Positions 45,771 through 55,843 of a DNA stretch of 64,000 bases are shown in pieces; positions within the stretch are counted from its first letter, which is position 1; every line of letters starts with the position of its first letter. The translations under genes were made by a program, and so were the position numbers. Origin of the DNA: an uncultured Actinomycetes bacterium (GTDB lineage: Bacteria > Actinomycetota > Thermoleophilia > Solirubrobacterales > Solirubrobacteraceae). The stretch lies in the NCBI GenBank assembly GCA_963810605.1, contig CAWEOF010000002.1, forward strand, positions 11,503 to 75,502, read 5' to 3'. Below the pieces are notes generated by a model, which worked only from the letters and a program-made list of their open reading frames with translations, was not told the DNA's origin and made no database searches.

Positions 45771-46094
45771 TCAGCCGGTGCGCAGCTGCTCGCGCTTGGC
45801 CAGCCAGCGGTCGACGACGAAGCCGCCGAACGGCAGCACGGCGCCGGCGAGCACGAGGATCGTCTCCTTGCCGGTCCAGCGGGCGTCTTCGCGGATCATG
45901 AGCGCGATCAGCACGTAGGCGAGGAACAGCGCGCCGTGGATCGGTCCCATGATCGGCACGCCGTCGCGCGCGAAGAAGCTGCAGGACAGCAGGACGAGGA
46001 AGCTCGTGGCCTCGGCCAGGGCGACGAAGCGGAAGGTCTTGACGGTGAACAAGCGGTGGCTCCTTGGGAATGGGCGTCGCGGACGGCAGGACAT
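45771..46094 (-). CDS. DUF3817-like small integral membrane protein
   Basis: FRFVALAEATSFLVLL...MGPIHGALFLAYV...LAGAVLPFGGFVVDRWL. The start is uncertain. Confidence 0.6.
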   Translation of the reverse strand: MSCRPRRPFPRSHRLFTVKTFRFVALAEATSFLVLLSCSFFARDGVPIMGPIHGALFLAYVLIALMIREDARWTGKETILVLAGAVLPFGGFVVDRWLAKREQLRTG

Positions 46095-46121
46095 CCGACG
46101 CGAGGCGCAGAATCATCACTG

Positions 46122-46685
46122 ATGATCGTCCTCGGCATCGACCCCGGCACCGCCAACACCGGCTACGGCGTCGTCGAGCGCCGCTGCGGGCGCCTCTACG
46201 CGCTCGATGGCGGCGTCATCACGACCCGACCGGAAGCCCCCATGCAGATCCGCCTCGCGGCGATCCACCGGCGCGTGGGCGAGCTCCTCGACGAGCACCT
46301 CGTGAGGATGATCTCCATGGAGGACGTCTACTTCGGCAAGAACGCGTCGAGCGCGTTCGCCGTCGGCCAGGCGCGCGGGGTCATCATGCTCGCCGCGGGC
46401 CAGCGCCGGCTCGACGTCATCTCCTACACGCCGCAGCAGGTCAAGCACGCCGTCTGCGGATCGGGGCGCGCGGAGAAGGACCAGATCGCGCGCATGGTCC
46501 AGTCGCTGCTGTCGCTCGAGGTGCCGCCGCACTCCGAGCACGCCGCGGACGCCCTCGCGATCGCGATCTGCCACCTCAACGGCGCCCCGCACGCGGCCGC
46601 GGTCGCCGCGAGCCGCGCCCTGCCCGGCACGCGCGACGACGACGACCGCGAGGTCAAGATCCACGACCGCCGGACGCCCGCGTGA
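46122..46685 (+). CDS. ruvC: Holliday junction resolvase RuvC
   Basis: [18 protein letters not shown] ... [13 protein letters not shown]. Confidence 0.92.
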   Translation: MIVLGIDPGTANTGYGVVERRCGRLYALDGGVITTRPEAPMQIRLAAIHRRVGELLDEHLVRMISMEDVYFGKNASSAFAVGQARGVIMLAAGQRRLDVISYTPQQVKHAVCGSGRAEKDQIARMVQSLLSLEVPPHSEHAADALAIAICHLNGAPHAAAVAASRALPGTRDDDDREVKIHDRRTPA

Positions 46686-47266
46686 TCGCACTCGTCCGCG
46701 GCACCGTCGCGGTCCGGCGCGCCGATCACGTCGTCCTCGAGGCCGCCGGCGTCGGCTACCGCCTTGCGGTCTCCGCCGAGACGCTGCGCCGGGTCCCGGC
46801 GCAGGGCGCCACGGTGATGCTGCACGCGCACCTCGTCGTCCGCGACGACGCCCTCGCGCTCTACGGCTTCGCCACCGAGGAGGAGCGCGACCTCTTCCTG
46901 CTGCTCATCGGCGTGCAGTCCGTCGGCCCGAAGGTCGCCCTCGCGGTCCTGAGCGGCGGCACCCCGCGCGAGCTCGTCAGCGCGCTCGCCAACGGCGACG
47001 TCGCGCGGCTGCAGGCCACGCCGGGCATCGGCAAGCGCACGGCCGAGCGGATCATCGTGGAGCTGCGCGAGAAGGTCGCCGGGACCGGTGCCACGGCGGC
47101 GGCGATCGTCATCAGCCGCACCGACGACCCGCGCCGCCTCGCCCGCGACGGCCTCGTCGAGCTGGGCTTCACCGTCGTCGAAGCCGACGAGCTTCTGCGC
47201 GACGCGCCCGAGGACACGCCCGAGAACCTCATCTCCGGCGCGCTTCGCGCCTCGCGCTCGCGATGA
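46682..47266 (+). CDS. ruvA: Holliday junction branch migration protein RuvA
   Basis: GTGA overlap with ruv[10 protein letters not shown]..., [32 protein letters not shown] and [13 protein letters not shown]. Confidence 0.92.
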   Translation: MIALVRGTVAVRRADHVVLEAAGVGYRLAVSAETLRRVPAQGATVMLHAHLVVRDDALALYGFATEEERDLFLLLIGVQSVGPKVALAVLSGGTPRELVSALANGDVARLQATPGIGKRTAERIIVELREKVAGTGATAAAIVISRTDDPRRLARDGLVELGFTVVEADELLRDAPEDTPENLISGALRASRSR

Positions 47267-48285
47267 GCCAGCCGCGCATCCAGACGCCGCAGCGCATCGA
47301 GGAGGAGCTCGAGCTCGACCGCTCGCTGCGCCCGCGCCGGCTCGAGGACTTCATCGGCCAGCCGTCGCTGAAGGAGCAGCTCGCGATCTCGATCGAGGCC
47401 GCCGTCGCCCGCGGCGACGCGCTCGACCACGTCCTGCTCGCCGGCCCGCCGGGGCTCGGCAAGACGACGCTCGCGCAGATCATCGCCGCCGAGCTCGACG
47501 CGCCGTTCGTCATGACGGCCGGCCCGGCGCTCGAGCGCAAGGCCGACGTCGCGGCGTTCCTCACCGCGCTGGAGCCGGGCAGCGTCTTCTTCGTCGACGA
47601 GATCCACCGCCTCCAGCGCGCGCTCGAGGAGACCTTCTATCCCGCGATGGAGGATCGCCAGCTGCCGATCACGGTCGGGATGGGCGCCGGCGCGCGCGTC
47701 GTGACGCTCGAGCTGCCGCCGTTCACGCTCATCGGCGCGACGACCCGGACGGGCCTGCTCACCGCGCCGCTGCGGGATCGCTTCGGCCTGCAGCACCGCC
47801 TCGAGCACTACGACGTGACCGACCTCGCGACGATCGTGACGCGCTCGGCGCGGATCCTCGACGTCGCGCTGGATCCCGACGGCGCCGACGCGATCGCGAG
47901 CCGCAGCCGCGGCACGCCGCGCGTCGCCAACCGCCTCCTCAAGCGCGTGCGCGACTACGCCCAGGTGCGCTTCGGCGGCGTCGTCACGGCTGACGCCGCC
48001 GACGCGGCCCTCGCCCTGCTTGAGATCGACGAGCTCGGCCTCGATCGCCTCGACCGCGAGCTCCTGCGCTGCATCTGCGTCAAGTTCGAAGGTGGGCCGG
48101 TCGGCCTGTCGACGCTCGCCGCGAGCGTGGGGGAGGAGCAGGACACGATCGAGGACGTCTACGAGCCATATCTCCTGCAATGCGGCCTGCTCAAGCGCAC
48201 GCCGCGCGGGCGGGCGGCGACCCGGCGGGCCTACGAACACCTCGGGCTCAAGCTCCCTGCCGTCGATGCCGACAGCCTCTTCTAA
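47263..48285 (+). CDS. ruvB: Holliday junction DNA helicase RuvB
   Basis: ATGA overlap with ruv[13 protein letters not shown], Walker [25 protein letters not shown] and [12 protein letters not shown]. Confidence 0.95.
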   Translation: MSQPRIQTPQRIEEELELDRSLRPRRLEDFIGQPSLKEQLAISIEAAVARGDALDHVLLAGPPGLGKTTLAQIIAAELDAPFVMTAGPALERKADVAAFLTALEPGSVFFVDEIHRLQRALEETFYPAMEDRQLPITVGMGAGARVVTLELPPFTLIGATTRTGLLTAPLRDRFGLQHRLEHYDVTDLATIVTRSARILDVALDPDGADAIASRSRGTPRVANRLLKRVRDYAQVRFGGVVTADAADAALALLEIDELGLDRLDRELLRCICVKFEGGPVGLSTLAASVGEEQDTIEDVYEPYLLQCGLLKRTPRGRAATRRAYEHLGLKLPAVDADSLF

Positions 48286-48358
48286 CGTGACCGAACGCGA
48301 CGCGCGAGCGACCTTCATCCGGCATTTACGAGGGCTTCTCTACGCTTAGGGCGCACTC

Positions 48359-48808
48359 ATGGCCCATCTCTTCATCTGCCCCAGTTGCGGGAACCGCAGT
48401 TCGGAAACCGATCGCACCGCCGGGTTCACGTCCCGGGCGAAGGGCTGCACGAAGTGCGGTTTCGGCTTTCTCTTCGAGCTGCTCGACGATTACTACGCCG
48501 CGCCGAACGCCGCGTTCTTCGTCTGCGACCAGAAGGGTCGCGTCATCGGCTGCGGCCGCGGCTCGTTCGAGCTGACCGGCCTCGACGACGAGCGCGTCAT
48601 CGGGCGCAACGTCTCCGAAGTGCTCGGACTCGTCTTCGAAGGCGGCGACGACCATGTGTCCACCGTCCTCGAATGGGGCGTTCGCGCGCTCGGCAAGCCC
48701 GTCAAGGTCAACGCCGAGGGCGACCTGCCCGCCTCCGCCACGGCGGACCTCTTCCCGGCGTACGACGACGACGGCGGACTGCTGCTCGTGCTGACCCCGG
48801 CCAAGTAG
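48359..48808 (+). CDS. Zinc-ribbon plus PAS-like domain protein
   Basis: CPSCGN...CTKCGF (4-Cys ribbon), then FFVCDQKGRVIGCGRGSFELTGLDDERVIGRNVSEVL (PAS-like). It occupies the slot where yajC normally lies. Confidence 0.55.
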   Translation: MAHLFICPSCGNRSSETDRTAGFTSRAKGCTKCGFGFLFELLDDYYAAPNAAFFVCDQKGRVIGCGRGSFELTGLDDERVIGRNVSEVLGLVFEGGDDHVSTVLEWGVRALGKPVKVNAEGDLPASATADLFPAYDDDGGLLLVLTPAK

Positions 48809-48827
48809 GCTGGACCAAGGCCCCGCC

Positions 48828-51815
48828 GTGACCGACCGCCGCCGCAATCTCTTCATCCTCCTGCTCGTCCTCGGCCTGCTGCTGGCGTCCGCGGCCGTCA
48901 TCGCGACGAAGCCGACGAAGCTCGGGCTCGACCTGCAGGGCGGCGTCGAGCTCATCTACGAGGCCAAGCCGACGAAGGCCAACCCCGTCATCACGCAGGA
49001 TGCGCTCGATCGCGCGATCGAGGTCATTCAGAAGCGCGTCAACCAGATCGGCGTCGCCGAGCCGGAGATCCAGCGCACCGGCGACAACCAGATCAGCGTC
49101 GCGCTCCCCGCCGTCAAGAACCTCGCCGACGCGATCGAGCAGGTCGGCACGGTCGCCCAGCTCGCGTTCTACGACTGGGAGGTCAACGTCATCGGGCCGG
49201 ACGGCAAGCCCGAGCCCGAGAACACGCAGCTCACCGGCGGGCAGGCCGCCGGCGCGGTCGGCTCTACGTCGCTCTACGACGCGCTCCAGCGCGCCGTCAA
49301 GCCCCCGGCGAAGGTCGAGCCGAACAACTCGCGCGACGGCAGCGCGTTCTACGCGGTCGACGAGAAGACCAAGACCGTCTACGGCAAGGGCACCGGCTCG
49401 GGCAAGCGCTACGGCCTGGAGTCCAGGGCCGAGGCGCTCGCGGTGGTTCCGACGGCGCTGCGCGAGACGGCGAAGGTCTACGAGGTCAAGCCGAACACGG
49501 TCATCGTCCGGGCCGAGCAGGACCCCGACGCCACGGAAGTGACCGACGCATGGTTCGTCCTGCGCGACGACATCGCGCTGCGCGGGACGGAGATCAAGGA
49601 CCCCGAGCAGCAATCCGACCAGAACACGAACGCGCCGAACGTCACGTTCCAGTTCACCGACAAGGGCCGCAAGATCTGGCAGGACGTCACCCGCGAGATC
49701 GCCGATCGCGGCAGCCGCAGCGTCGGCATCCTGCCCGGCCAGACCCCCGCGGACGCCAACCAGCACTTCGCGATCGTGCTCGACGACGAGCTCATCTCGA
49801 TCCCGTACATCGACTTCCGCCAGAACGCGGACGGCATCGACGGGCGCACCGGCTCGCAGATCTCCGGGGGCTTCACGATCCAGTCCGCGCAGGATCTCGC
49901 CAAGCTCCTGAAGACCGGCGCGCTGCCGCTGAAGCTCGATCTCATCGCGAACTCGCAGGTGTCCGCGTCGCTCGGCCAGCAGGCGCTCAACGAGGGCCTC
50001 CTCGCGGGCATGGCCGGCTTCATCATCGTCGCGCTCTTCCTGCTCATCTTCTACCGCGTGCTCGGCGTCATCGCGGTCGGCGCGATGGCGATCTACGCGC
50101 TGTACTTCTTCGCGCTCATCAAGCTCATCCCGGTCGTGCTGACGCTGCCCGGCATCGCCGGCCTGATCCTCACGCTGGGGGTGGCCGCCGACGCGAACAT
50201 CGTCATCTTCGAGCGCGTCAAGGAGGAGATCCGCGCCGGCAGATCGGTCATGGCGGGCATCGCGACGGGCTACAAGAAGGGCCTGACGGCGATCATCGAC
50301 GCGAACGTCGTGACGATCATGGTCGCGTTCATCCTGTTCGTCCTCGCGACGGCGGGCGTCAAGGGCTTCGCGCTGACCCTCGGCCTCGGCGTCATCGTGT
50401 CGCTGTTCACGGCCGTGCTCGCAACGCAGGCGATCCTCGGCACGATGGGCAAGTCGCGGCTCATCAACAGCCCGGCGATGCTCGGCGCGGGCGAGAAGAC
50501 CAAGCCCAACCGGTTCCGGCTGGACTACATGGGCTACTCGAAGTGGTTCTTCAGCGCGTCCGGCGTGATCCTGCTCGTCTGCGCGCTCGCGCTCGGGTCC
50601 AACGGGATCAACTTCGGCATCGACTTCGAGTCCGGGACGCGGATCAACGTCGCGCTCACCCAGAACGTCGACGAGACCGCCGTGCGCGGCGTGCTCGACC
50701 AGAGCGGCCAGGGCGACGCGAAGGTTCAGAGAATCGAGAACGAGGCCAAGGGCGCGAGCAAGTTCCAGATCTCGACCGCCAACCTCACGCCGGCGCAGGT
50801 CAACGAGATCACCGACTCGCTGAAGGCGAAGTACGGCTTCGCGGACACGCAGGAGGTCACCTCCATCGGGCCGACGTTCGGCCAGACCGTGGCGAAGTCG
50901 GCGATCATCGCGATCATCGCGTCGCTGATCGTCATCAGCGCCTACATCGCGCTGCGGTTCGAGCCGAAGTACGCCGTCCCCGTGCTGATCGCGGTCATGC
51001 ACGACATCCTCATCACCGCGGGCGTGTACGCGCTCGCCGGCCAGGAGGTGACAACGGCGACGGTCGCGGCGTTGCTCACCATCTTGGGCTTCTCTCTCTA
51101 CGACACGATCATCGTGTTCGACCGGATCCGGGAGAACGTGCCGCGCATGCCGCGCGCGGCGTTCTCGCAGATCGTCAACCGCTCGATGTCCGAGGTCATC
51201 GTCAGATCGCTGGCGACGAGCTTCTGCACCGGACTGCCCGTGCTCGCGCTGCTGCTCTTCGGCGGCGAGACGCTGACCGCGTTCGCGTTCGCGCTGCTCG
51301 TCGGCACGATCTCCGGCACGTACTCCTCGGTCTTCATCGCCGGCCCGGTGCTGACGGCATGGAAGGAGCGCGAGCCGCTGTACCGCCGCCGCCGCGCGGC
51401 GATCGCCGCCGAGAACAACGGCATCGTGCCCGCGTTCGCGACCGCCGGTGCGGCGATGGACGTCACGCCGTCGCAGCGCGCTCGGCGCCGCGATCGCCTG
51501 ACATCGCCTGACGATCCCGAGATGCAGGTCTCCCGCGAGGAGTTCGACGACCTCGTGCGCGACCTGCACATCGACGAGCCCGGGGCGCCCGAGCCCCGCG
51601 GCGGCGCCACGGCGACGAAGCCGAAGGCCGCCACGCCGCCCAAGCCCAAGGCCGCGACCCCGCCCAAGCCGAAGCCGGCGAGCCCGGAGCTCGACGCGTC
51701 CGCGGACGCGCTGCCCGAGGACGTCGTCATGCCCGATCGGCCGGACGGCCCGGCCAAGCCGAAGCGCCAATCCGCGGCCGCCAAGCGCCGCCGCAAGCAC
51801 GGGAGGCCGGGCTGA
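48828..51815 (+). CDS. secDF: Fused protein translocase subunit SecDF with a Pro/Lys-rich C-terminal tail
   Basis: SecD signature LGLDLQGGVELIYEA and its TM bundle. SecF signature INFGIDFESGTRINV and a second TM bundle. The tail reads KPKAATPPKPKAATPPKPKPA. Confidence 0.92.
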   Translation: MTDRRRNLFILLLVLGLLLASAAVIATKPTKLGLDLQGGVELIYEAKPTKANPVITQDALDRAIEVIQKRVNQIGVAEPEIQRTGDNQISVALPAVKNLADAIEQVGTVAQLAFYDWEVNVIGPDGKPEPENTQLTGGQAAGAVGSTSLYDALQRAVKPPAKVEPNNSRDGSAFYAVDEKTKTVYGKGTGSGKRYGLESRAEALAVVPTALRETAKVYEVKPNTVIVRAEQDPDATEVTDAWFVLRDDIALRGTEIKDPEQQSDQNTNAPNVTFQFTDKGRKIWQDVTREIADRGSRSVGILPGQTPADANQHFAIVLDDELISIPYIDFRQNADGIDGRTGSQISGGFTIQSAQDLAKLLKTGALPLKLDLIANSQVSASLGQQALNEGLLAGMAGFIIVALFLLIFYRVLGVIAVGAMAIYALYFFALIKLIPVVLTLPGIAGLILTLGVAADANIVIFERVKEEIRAGRSVMAGIATGYKKGLTAIIDANVVTIMVAFILFVLATAGVKGFALTLGLGVIVSLFTAVLATQAILGTMGKSRLINSPAMLGAGEKTKPNRFRLDYMGYSKWFFSASGVILLVCALALGSNGINFGIDFESGTRINVALTQNVDETAVRGVLDQSGQGDAKVQRIENEAKGASKFQISTANLTPAQVNEITDSLKAKYGFADTQEVTSIGPTFGQTVAKSAIIAIIASLIVISAYIALRFEPKYAVPVLIAVMHDILITAGVYALAGQEVTTATVAALLTILGFSLYDTIIVFDRIRENVPRMPRAAFSQIVNRSMSEVIVRSLATSFCTGLPVLALLLFGGETLTAFAFALLVGTISGTYSSVFIAGPVLTAWKEREPLYRRRRAAIAAENNGIVPAFATAGAAMDVTPSQRARRRDRLTSPDDPEMQVSREEFDDLVRDLHIDEPGAPEPRGGATATKPKAATPPKPKAATPPKPKPASPELDASADALPEDVVMPDRPDGPAKPKRQSAAAKRRRKHGRPG

Positions 51816-51846
51816 TGTCCGCAACGCCGCTTCAGGGGATTCGCTG

Positions 51847-52140
51847 ATGGGCGCGCTCGCCTGGACCATGATGGGCCTCGCCCTCTGGCACTTCACGATC
51901 TTCATCCCCGACCGCTTCTGGGCGGGGATCGTCGGCGCGTTCCTCGGCTCGGTGCTCGGCGCGATCATCTTCGGCTTCGTGATCAATGGCTTCACGGTCC
52001 CGGGCGAGGCCGACACGAACATCCTCACCGTGCTCGAGTCCGTCCCCGGCTCGATCCTCGGCGTCGCGCTCGTCTACTGGATCGGCGACCGCCGCGAGCG
52101 CCGCGAGGAGACCGGCCTCGCCGGCCTGCCGGCCGAGTAG
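51847..52140 (+). CDS. GlsB/YeaQ/YmgE-family small membrane protein
   Basis: 97 aa with 3 hydrophobic Gly-rich helices (GIVGAFLGSVLGAIIFGFVINGF). Confidence 0.6.
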   Translation: MGALAWTMMGLALWHFTIFIPDRFWAGIVGAFLGSVLGAIIFGFVINGFTVPGEADTNILTVLESVPGSILGVALVYWIGDRRERREETGLAGLPAE

Positions 52141-52258
52141 GCGCCGTAGCCGGCCCACCGAACGCGCGCCGCCATTTTTCACACGGGCCTTCGCGGGGTT
52201 TGAGGTCGTGTTCGCTGTTCGTCGCGGCGACCGCGCGCGCCGGCACGGGGCGGTCACG

Positions 52259-52306
52259 GGTCTTGTCGAATAGTTCGTCATATGAGCTGACTTCGCGACA
52301 AGACCG
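52259..52306. repeat. 48-nt hairpin element, copy B (intergenic)
   Basis: GGTCTTGTCGAATAGTTCG-TCATATG...CGACAAGACCG. It has the same arms and the same 27-nt loop length as copy A at 29623..29670, with 1 nt missing in the conserved half. Confidence 0.7.
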
Positions 52307-52438
52307 CCCCAGAAGCGGGATTCTCGCTGGAAGCTCGGGCAGCTCGGCCCGTTCCGGGGTGCGATCCCGACCCCTGTCGGCCCTATCCCTGTCTACGCGA
52401 CCATCCCGCTGACTGCGAGCGCATCTGTCGAGGGATCG

Positions 52439-52639
52439 TTGTCGGCGTTCACTATCCACGCGGCGAGTACCAGCGTCCTGAGCGTGAGAGTCGGACATGA
52501 CGGCGGCCTCGGCTTCTGGCAGGAGGGTACGAATGTCTGGACGGACGGCGTGCTGCAGTTCACGGGGAAGGCAAGCCTCCGCGCGGCGCTGAGCCTGGTG
52601 CTTGCGTCGGCAGCCCCGAGGTCGGCAACTTGCACGTGA
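52439..52639 (+). CDS. Possible small ORF of unknown function
   Basis: G/C third-position bias fits this frame. TTG start. The stop overlaps GTG 52636 of the next ORF (GTGA). No family recognised. Confidence 0.25.
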   Translation: MSAFTIHAASTSVLSVRVGHDGGLGFWQEGTNVWTDGVLQFTGKASLRAALSLVLASAAPRSATCT

Positions 52640-52947
52640 GGGCGGGCGTCGATGCCAAGGCGAGTTGGGCGTTCGGTCGCGGCTGCGATGTCACGCTGAT
52701 GCTCGGGACGCTCAGCGCCGGCGCGAGGTTGGGTCCATTCAGCTACGACTCGCGGCCGATCGGCGGGATCTCGATCCCCATCTGGCATGGCTGCGACAAC
52801 AACGCGCCGCCGCCCGAAGCTGCCGACCCGGCTCCAGTTGCCGACCGTCGCGTGACCGGACCCAACCGGCACGCCCACCCCACCCGGAGACCCCTGGCGA
52901 GCCCGGCTGCCGGCCCACACCGTCCGCGGCACCTCGCGCCGATCTGA
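52636..52947 (+). CDS. Possible small ORF of unknown function
   Basis: Codon bias fits. The first 60 aa look like a real protein (VRAGVDAKASWAFGRGCDVTLMLGTLSAGARLGPFSYDSRPIGGISIPIWHGCDNN), but the tail is Pro/Arg-rich junk-like. Alternatively it forms one frameshifted gene with 52439..52639. Confidence 0.25.
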   Translation: MRAGVDAKASWAFGRGCDVTLMLGTLSAGARLGPFSYDSRPIGGISIPIWHGCDNNAPPPEAADPAPVADRRVTGPNRHAHPTRRPLASPAAGPHRPRHLAPI

Positions 52948-53025
52948 CAAGCACGTGGTACGCAAGCTCGCCCGGCCAACGGCGCGCTGAGCCGTTCCGT
53001 CCATCGCGCCGCGTAGCTTGCGGGC

Positions 53026-55843
53026 ATGCCGATCGAGCCACCGCGCCTTGCGATCGATGCGTGCGACGTCGCGGGGGTGCTCGCGCTCGAGCGCGAGTTG
53101 GGCGTCGGACATGTGCTCGCGCAGGTGCTCGTGCGGCGCGGGTTCGCCGATCCGGTCGCCGCTCGGGCGTGGCTTGCGGCCGACGAGCGTCATGAGCCGT
53201 CGCGGTTCGCCGGGATCGACGACGCCTGCGACCTCATCCTCATGCATGTCGAGTCGGGCGAGCGCATCACGATTCACGGCGACTACGACGTCGACGGCGT
53301 CAGCTCGACCGCGATCCTCGTCGGCGTGCTGCGCCGGCTCGGGGCGCAGGTCGACTGGTTTCTGCCGAGCCGCGCCGAGGACGGCTACGGGCTCTCGCTC
53401 GCGACGGTCGAGCGCCTTGCCGCGCGCGGAACGCGGCTGCTGATCACGGCGGACTGCGCGATCACGGCCGTCGACGAGGTCGCCGCGGCGGTGGCCGCCG
53501 GGATCGACGTCGTCGTCACCGACCATCACGCGCCGCGGGCGGACGGCGTGCTGCCCGACGCTCCGATCGTCCATCCCTCGGTCTGCGGCTACCCGTGCGT
53601 CGACCTCTGCGCCGCGGGGGTGGCGTACAAGCTCGCCGCCGCGCTGCTCGCCGCCGCCGGGGAGGACCCGGCCGGAGCCGACACGGACCTCGATCTCGTC
53701 GCGCTGGCGACGATCGCCGACTGCGTGCCGCTGCGCGGCGAGAACCGGCGCCTCGTGCGCGCGGGCCTGCGCGCGCTCGCGACCACGAAGCGGCCGGGCC
53801 TGCGAGCGCTCATGAAGGTCTCGCGGGCGGACCCGGCCCGGATCGACGCCCGCGCCGTCGGCTTCAGGCTCGCGCCGCGGATCAACGCGGCCGGCCGCCT
53901 CGAGCGCGCCGACGCCGGGCTCGAGCTGCTGCTCACGACCGACGACGAGCGCGCGGGCCAGATCGCCGAGGAGCTCGACCGCCTGAACGCCGAGCGCCGC
54001 CACACCGAGACGCGGATCCTCTTCGAGGCCGAGGCGATGGTGACGGAGTGCGAGCGAAGCGAGGCCCGCGAGCGATCGGCGTACGTGCTGGCGGGCGAGG
54101 GCTGGCACAAGGGCGTGATCGGCATCGTCGCCTCGCGGATCGCCGAGCGCCACCACCGCCCGGCGGTGCTGATCGCGCTGCCGGCGGCGGTCAAGGGCGG
54201 GTCGGCCGGCGAGGATCGTCCGCGCGGCCCGGAGGGGGTAGCCGGCGCCGAAGGTACCTCGCGGGGCGCGGGCGAGGGTTTCTCGCGGGGCGCGGGCGAG
54301 GGTTTCTCGCGGGGCGCGGGCGAGGGTTCCTCGCGGGGCGCGGGCGAGGGTTCCTCGCGGGGCGCGGGCGAGGGTTCCTCGCGGGGCGCGGGCGAGGGTT
54401 CCTCGCGGGGCGCGGGCGAGGGTTCCTCGCGGGGCGCCGCCGGATGCGAGGATCCCTGCGCCGCCGTGCACGGAACCGGGTCCGGCCGCTCGATTGCCGG
54501 CTTCGACCTCCTCGCCGGCCTGGACGCGTGCGCAGGGCACCTCGTCCGCCACGGCGGTCACCGGGCGGCCGCCGGCTGCGAGATCCTCGCGAGCGAGGTC
54601 GAACCGTTCCGGGCCGCGTTCGAGGCGTACGCCGCCGCGACGCTGCGGCCCGAGGACCTCGTGCCGTCCGAGCGCGCCGACGCCGTCGTCGCCGGCGACG
54701 AGGTCGGCCTCGCGCTCGCCGAGGAGCTCGAGCTGCTCGCGCCGTTCGGCATCGCCAACCCGGGCGTCTCCCTGCTGCTGCCCGCCGTGCGCTTCAGCGA
54801 TCCCCGCACGATGGGGGAGGGCAAGCACGCGCGCTTCAGCGTCGAGGCCGGCGGCATGCGCGCCGGCGCCGTCGCCTTCGGCGTCACGAAGGTCGACTGC
54901 GACGGCCCCCTGGACGCCACGTTCTCGCTCGAGCTCAACGAGTTCAACGGCAGCGTCGAGCCGCGGCTCGTGCTGCGTCACGCGCGCCCCTGCGCGCCCG
55001 CGCCGATCGCGGTTGTCGGCGAGCCGGAGGACTACCTCGGCGCCGTCCTCGACGAGGTCACGCGCCCGCTGGCGGGCGGCGCGGAGGGTTCGCTTGGTGG
55101 CGCGGAGGGTGCGGCTTGGTCGCGCGGGTGGCGCGGAGGGTTTGCTTGGTCGCGCGGGCGGCGCGGAGGGTTTGCTTGGTCGCGCGGGCGGCGCGGAGGG
55201 TTGGCTACGGCGCGGCGCCGAGGAGGGCGCGTTCCGCGACCGCCGCGGCGGCGGGATCGCCGGCACGATCGGCGCGCTCGTCGCCTCCGGCGAGCCGGTG
55301 CTCGTCGTCGCCGCCGACGCGATCGCGCGCGCGCGACACCTCCAGCAGATCCTCGGTGGCTTCGAGCTCTGCTCTCACGACGCGCTGGAGCGCGAGCCGC
55401 AACTCGCAGGCCCGCACACCCACGTCGTGCTGCTCGACCCGCCCGCCGGCCCGACGCGCCAACACGGCAAGCTCACCCACCTGACATGGGGTCCCGCTGA
55501 GCTACGCTTCGCGGAGCAGATTCATGAGCGGCAGTACGACCTTCGTGCTTCGCTTACCGCGACGTACCGGGCCCTTCGGGACGCCGGCGGAGCGGCGGGC
55601 GAGGAGCTCGAGGCGCTGCTTCGCGGAGATCCGCAGACGCCACGGCCGGCAACGCTGGCCGGCCGCGTCATCAGGGTCCTCGCGGAACTGAACCTCGTCA
55701 GCCTCGACCCACACACAAGGACCCTCGCGGTCCCGGTCGCGCAGCGCACGGCGCTCGAGCGATCGGCGGCGTTCAGGGCCTACCAGCAGCGACTCGAGGA
55801 CGGACGGCGATGGCTGACACTCCAGACGGCAAAGGCGGCGTAA
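53026..55843 (+). CDS. recJ: Single-stranded-DNA-specific exonuclease RecJ; the reading frame changes (+1) near 55114
   Basis: DHH motifs IHGDYDVDGV, LLITADCAI, VVVTDHHAP and ATIADCVPL. DHHA1 motifs GSGRSI, GGHRAAAG and LLAPFGIANP. The C-terminal domain (IAGTIGALVASGEPVLVV...RLEDGRRWL) is readable only in the adjacent frame, ending at TAA 55841-55843. Confidence 0.8.
54250..54441 (+). repeat. 8 x 24-nt in-frame tandem repeat inside recJ (EG[TFS]SRGAG)
   Basis: GAGGGTT(T/C)CTCGCGGGGCGCGGGC is repeated eight times head to tail, immediately upstream of the GSGRSI motif. Confidence 0.9.
55078..55200 (+). repeat. About 4.5 x 30-nt tandem repeat inside recJ (GGAEGLLGRA)
   Basis: Units start at 55078 (21 nt), 55099 (31 nt), 55130 (30 nt), 55160 (30 nt) and 55190 (partial). 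The 31-nt unit carries gcgg where the others carry ttg. Confidence 0.9.

Noticed and set aside
48708-52028. 1106-aa minus-strand ORF covering the whole secDF region.
   Set aside because: It is antisense to an unambiguous SecDF gene, and its product is a low-complexity Arg/Asp/Gly string.
52393-55266. 957-aa minus-strand ORF containing PRGTLARA tandem repeats.
   Set aside because: It is the antisense reading of recJ. The repeats are simply the reverse-complement translation of the 24-nt recJ repeat.
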